A stretch of DNA of 64,000 bases from Podarcis cretensis (lineage: Eukaryota), in the NCBI GenBank assembly GCA_951804945.1, contig OX638149.1, positions 95,294,001-95,358,000 of the forward strand. Direction: 5' to 3'. Position numbers and translations under genes: made by a program. Within the stretch, counting starts at the first letter, position 1; each line of letters opens with the position of its first letter. The notes under the pieces are model-generated. The model saw only the letters and a list, made by a program, of their open reading frames with translations. It ran no database searches and was not told the DNA's origin. Positions 59,593-64,000 of this stretch are shown here, piece by piece.

Positions 59593-62500
59593 AGTATTTA
59601 ACTTCAGAAGTTTAATGCAACCATCAAAAGTGTACGTGCAGTTAAAGATGTCCAGTTAAAAAGACCAAGCAGAGGCGAGCAAAATTTTCCCTTGGAGGGA
59701 CCAAAAATCATGCCAGCCCAAATAAGGCAAGACTTGGCTATTAATAGATGAGGAACAATCTGCAACAAATGATCCATGAGCAGCAAAATGCCTTCAGGGG
59801 TTGGTAAGCAATGACAGTGCAGAACAGGCAACCTCTGTCAAAATGACCTGCTAGAAGTTTTGGTGGGGCTGTTTCATCCTTCTAGGGCTGCTTAAACACT
59901 GCCTAACACTGCTGTTTTTAAACTAGTTTAGCTGTTGCGGCATTTCCAATCCTACAGAGATTGATTTGTATGTTATAGATGTATTATGACTAAGACTGTT
60001 CATATTGAAGACTTCCATGATGTTTTCAATAAATTCCTAGAAATTAAATTCCTAGAAATTAGGGATGAGGAAGAAAAACTTCACCTTTCCCCCCAACCCA
60101 GTTATGTAAGGGCAATGTTTACTTACTGCTCTGGTTCTTTCATGTAGCTTCTGACATCTTCTCCTGGAATTGTGCCTGCTATATAGGAACAACCCAAATA
60201 AATTCCAGCTCTTCTGGCTAATCATTAACCCTTCCCCCCCCAAAAAAAGGAATTAGGAAAATCCAGTTGTAATAATGAGTCATTTAGTTGGGAACTGTGA
60301 TGCCTAGGGGGGTGGGGGACACACCACTCTGAGTATTGTCTCTTTTTATTTGTTTTATTTAACAATATTTCTAAACTCCTTAAGCAAAAAAAGAAAAGTT
60401 CTAAGAAGTTTACATAACAGTCATAAATCCCACTTATGCCCGCTAGTCCTCAAAGTCATCGTGAGAATCACATCACTGGTTGTCATTTTCTAGCTGAAAA
60501 AGAGACAGACTGATTTGGCAAGGAATTTTTTGTCCACCATGGGATTGAATTCCACTCCCTGAAACCCAGTTTCAATGCTTTTCCTCTTAATAGGCATGAC
60601 TTACTGGAGACAGTGGAAGACACGCAAGTCATGCAGTTGGCACAAAATTCCTGCCCTCCATAAACATGATCTGAAGAAATCTCAGTGCAATTTTTTAGTA
60701 TGAAAGTGCCATGAATGTTTGTGGAAGTGAAGCAGGAGTTTTGTAAGTGGCCCAACAGAGATGTATGTACATCTTGCTTGCAGTGACACATTTTTTTGAA
60801 CATTTCCATGAAGAAGTGGGGCATGGAATTAATTGTGAAATGCCAGCTTTACCTTCTCGCCCACCACTACACCATTGTTTCCTGGGGTTGACATAACAGC
60901 TTTATGCCAAGCAACCTTCTCATGGACAAAGGCTACAAAATGTTTGTGTAGCAAATTCATTGTGAGATCTGCAATGTAGGTTCATGAAACTCTTGGGGAT
61001 GAAATGCTCAAGGCAACTATGATAAGCTTGCAAGCCTTAACGAACATAACAGCATGTGACAAAAAGCCCACCCCAAACCACCTTGATCTGTGATAAGGCA
61101 GTCTGATCTGCAACTTCCAGCAGAATTACAAACAGGGTATAACTACTCACACTGCTAGCCTTAGTGATGGCATGAGTTGTTGCACAATGAGCATTGTCAA
61201 TTCACCCTATGCAGATCCCTAGACCAGTGTCTCCCAACCTTTTTCCAACAATGGCCCCCTAGGCACTAGCTACGGTGTGATCAGTTGTTGTGGATCACCC
61301 TCCTAATATTGTGGGTGTCTACTGGGCTCTTCTATCACTAACTTCCAACAACTATTTTGATCAGGCTCTTAAGCCTCAGTCCATCAAAGCACTTGGTCTC
61401 TAATGAACTACTGAAGTCAGTGGGGCTTAGGCAATCAGAAAGTTGTTTGTGGGTTTTTTCCAAATATGGTGAGGAGTCAGCCACTTTTTTCATGTTCTTA
61501 TGCCGTTCCAGATCCCTGCTGATGCCATTCAGCCAGCATTTGTTGGGGCTACTAATACACTGACATTTTTATTTGTAAGGTTTTTCTTAGTTTTCATTCT
61601 GGTTGTGTGATTTGTCACATACAGTGTTTGGATAATATGGAAGAGTGCCTAATCCACCCCAGGTCCTTCTTGCTCCCTTTAGAACTTTATCAAATGGACC
61701 AAGTATACATTCTGTGACTCAGGCCATAGAAAATCTTCAGGCAAATAATTTGGTTTCCATTCAAATTAATACTGTTTTTGGAATACCAATGACCGTACAG
61801 AAGTGTTTTTGTTGAAATGGGGTTTAAATTGAATTAACTGTGGTGGTGGCAATGTAAAATCTGCATGCATTCTAACAACGTTTGCATTTTTGTGTTAATA
61901 TGCTTGTGTTTGTCTGTGTCTATTCAGCAGTGCTAACTTCAGTGAGCCTGCTTGATGCTTTCATCTGCTTACCCTAGTTTAAAGTAAAGGAAGATAGGGC
62001 TCATATAACTTTAGCAGATGCGTAGGAGCTGCAGTTCTAGCAGGTGCAGCTTTTCCCCACTTCTGCCATGACCAGCTGCACCTGCTAAAATTCTTCTGTA
62101 TAGCTGCTATATTTATTTAAAACTTTTCATACCATTCTTCACTCATAAAAATTTCAGGGCATTGCACCATCAAGATAGACATAAAATGCAACAATAAAAC
62201 CAGAGCAGAGAGAGGCTACATTCTTAAAACATGCACAAGATTAAATGCCAGGCTGAACAATAATATTTCAACCTGGTGCCATCAATGTAGGCACCACACT
62301 AAGTCTCTATAACAAGAGTACTCCATAGAGGGCATGCCAATACCAAAAAAGGTCCTTAATCACACACAGGTTGCAGTGAGAATTGGTCTCCTTCAGGTTT
62401 GGGGATCTTAAGCTGTGTAGGGCTTTAAAAGTAAATACCAGCATATTTAATATGGTGAATAGATTGCCACACACAAATATAGACATCTGGCCATACTACC

Positions 62501-63410
62501 CAGAACTCTGGCAGCTATATTCTGCATCTATACCAATTGAAGCTTCCAAGTTGTCTTCAAGGGCACATGTAATGCAAGTCAGATGTTTCCAAAGCAGGAA
62601 TCATCTTGACCAGACTGTTTAAGGTATATGAGCCTGGTTCTCCTTTGCAATCTGAGCAGCATAACAGGAAAAAGAGTGTTGAGCCATATATTGCAATTTA
62701 AAATTCCTTGAATAGTTTCTACTTGCAGTCCGGCATGTTTCAATCACATATTGGTCTTTACCAGGAAACTACATTTCTAAAAATATTCCACAGGGGTGCA
62801 GGTGTGGAGAAACCCTTATTAATTGGAAACGAATGCATTCTTAAAATTCTTCACTGATATTCTGTATTACATATAATTTGTAATATTGGGTCACATTTCT
62901 AATATAATATCTAGAACAATATTTTAGAAACTCAAAGAGAATTTAATATTTCAAAATACATCTTTGCAAGTGACATAAACAATTGAAAGTTGCATAAGCA
63001 GTTATCCCTATGGCCCACCATTCCCAATCTGCTCAGGAGGCTTGAAACTCCCAGAACAGCCAGATGGAACAATAATTTAGCATTCTACTGACTTCCACCC
63101 TATGTGTTTAGTAGTAGATCTATTTCTTTAAAATTCTAACTTTAAAATGTTACTTCTCAAAATATATATTATGCAGAACACTTTTTTTCTTTGCATTCTC
63201 TTGTGTCTGTCTTAAAAACATACTAACATCAAAACACTGTAGTATAAAGAGAGCTCTAGCTACAAGCTCTTGTGGTAGCACATTTCTCAAACCTGTCTGG
63301 ACAGTTAATAGTTCTATAGGTGCACACTATCTGTTGTGCAGATTGAAGCCAACACAGAGATTCAAGTTTTCATTTAGTATTTCCTTTGTTTAGTCTTTTT
63401 TTGACACATA

Positions 63411-63626
63411 CAGTGGTACCTCAGGTTACATACGCTTCAGGTTACAGACTCTGCTAACCCAGAAATAGTGCTTCAGGTTAAGAACTTTGCTTCAGGATGA
63501 GAACAGAAATCGTGCTCCAGCAGTGCGGTGGCAGCATTAGCTAAAGTGGTGCTTCAGGTTCGGAACAGTTTCAGGTTAAGAACGGACCTCCGGAACGAAT
63601 TAAGTACTTAACCTGAGGTACCACTG
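63411..63626. mobile_element. Tc1/mariner MITE family A
   Basis: TA TSD; TIR CAGTGGTACCTCAGGTTA / TAACCTGAGGTACCACTG. Confidence 0.93.
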
Positions 63627-64000
63627 TATAACATATGATTTTGAGCTGTGTTATAAATAATATTTGTGATTAAACAGCAATATATGGCTTTTTAACATCT
63701 CAGATTACTTGTAATACTTTTGAGTAAAGAAATATTATAATGACAAATATTAATATTTAGCTTTAGCAGTTTGTGGGATTTTCATGGAATTTGTCTAAAT
63801 CGTGGCAAAACTGGTTTGTGGATCTCAACCCAAAACTCTTTGGGCAGGAAGGAGAAAGATCCATCAAAACTGCTTTGCAATTAAAAAAAAAAACTGCTTT
63901 GCAATTTAAATGACAATGGAGAGAAGTCTGGTTTAAGTGCAGCACTTATTTTTGTGTGAATGCAGGACAATAATAGTCACAATAATTATGTACAACTAAA

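Noticed and set aside
62012-62108. 14-bp perfect inverted repeat TAGCAGGTGCAGCT
   Set aside because: Sits within a small degraded element with its own terminal inverted repeats; most simply a MITE remnant.
62765-62860. ccag|GAAACT as the next kalirin exon (expected to begin ETNSSEESE)
   Set aside because: Translation diverges after two residues; the next exon probably lies beyond the window.

Overview
Eukaryotic genomic DNA from a squamate reptile, probably a lacertid lizard judging by its Sauria-type SINEs. The window lies inside the + strand of KALRN (kalirin). Sixteen GT-AG coding exons from 32006 to 59307 splice into one open frame. They encode the linker after SH3-1, the second (RhoA-type) DH-PH GEF module, the ALQSPIEYQR Galpha-q-binding extension, the second SH3 and the start of the Kalirin-12/Duet tail. 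The first 32 kb is one long intron. It contains a CpG-rich internal promoter and the Duet-type alternative first coding exon (5702-5789, MKGG...LAKCCCCFPTCR), whose ATG is overlapped by the stop codon of a 7-codon uORF. Read-through of the SH3-2 donor gives an immediate stop and a 3'UTR-like segment with AATAAA (a Kalirin-9-type end). A complete nested 702-aa, p63RhoGEF-like coding unit can therefore be assembled entirely within this window. The introns hold Sauria and tRNA/CR1-tail SINEs, CR1 and L2 remnants, an RT-deleted LINE with a perfect 14-bp TSD, Tc1/mariner and hAT MITEs, a hAT transposase fossil, long hairpins and a hammerhead-like core. Almost all other ORFs in the supplied track are spurious. 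There is no CRISPR array, rRNA gene or true tRNA gene. I see no evidence of a wholly new biological system; the best leads concern isoform architecture and regulation. Homology calls rest on my recall of the protein and repeat families, not on a database search.
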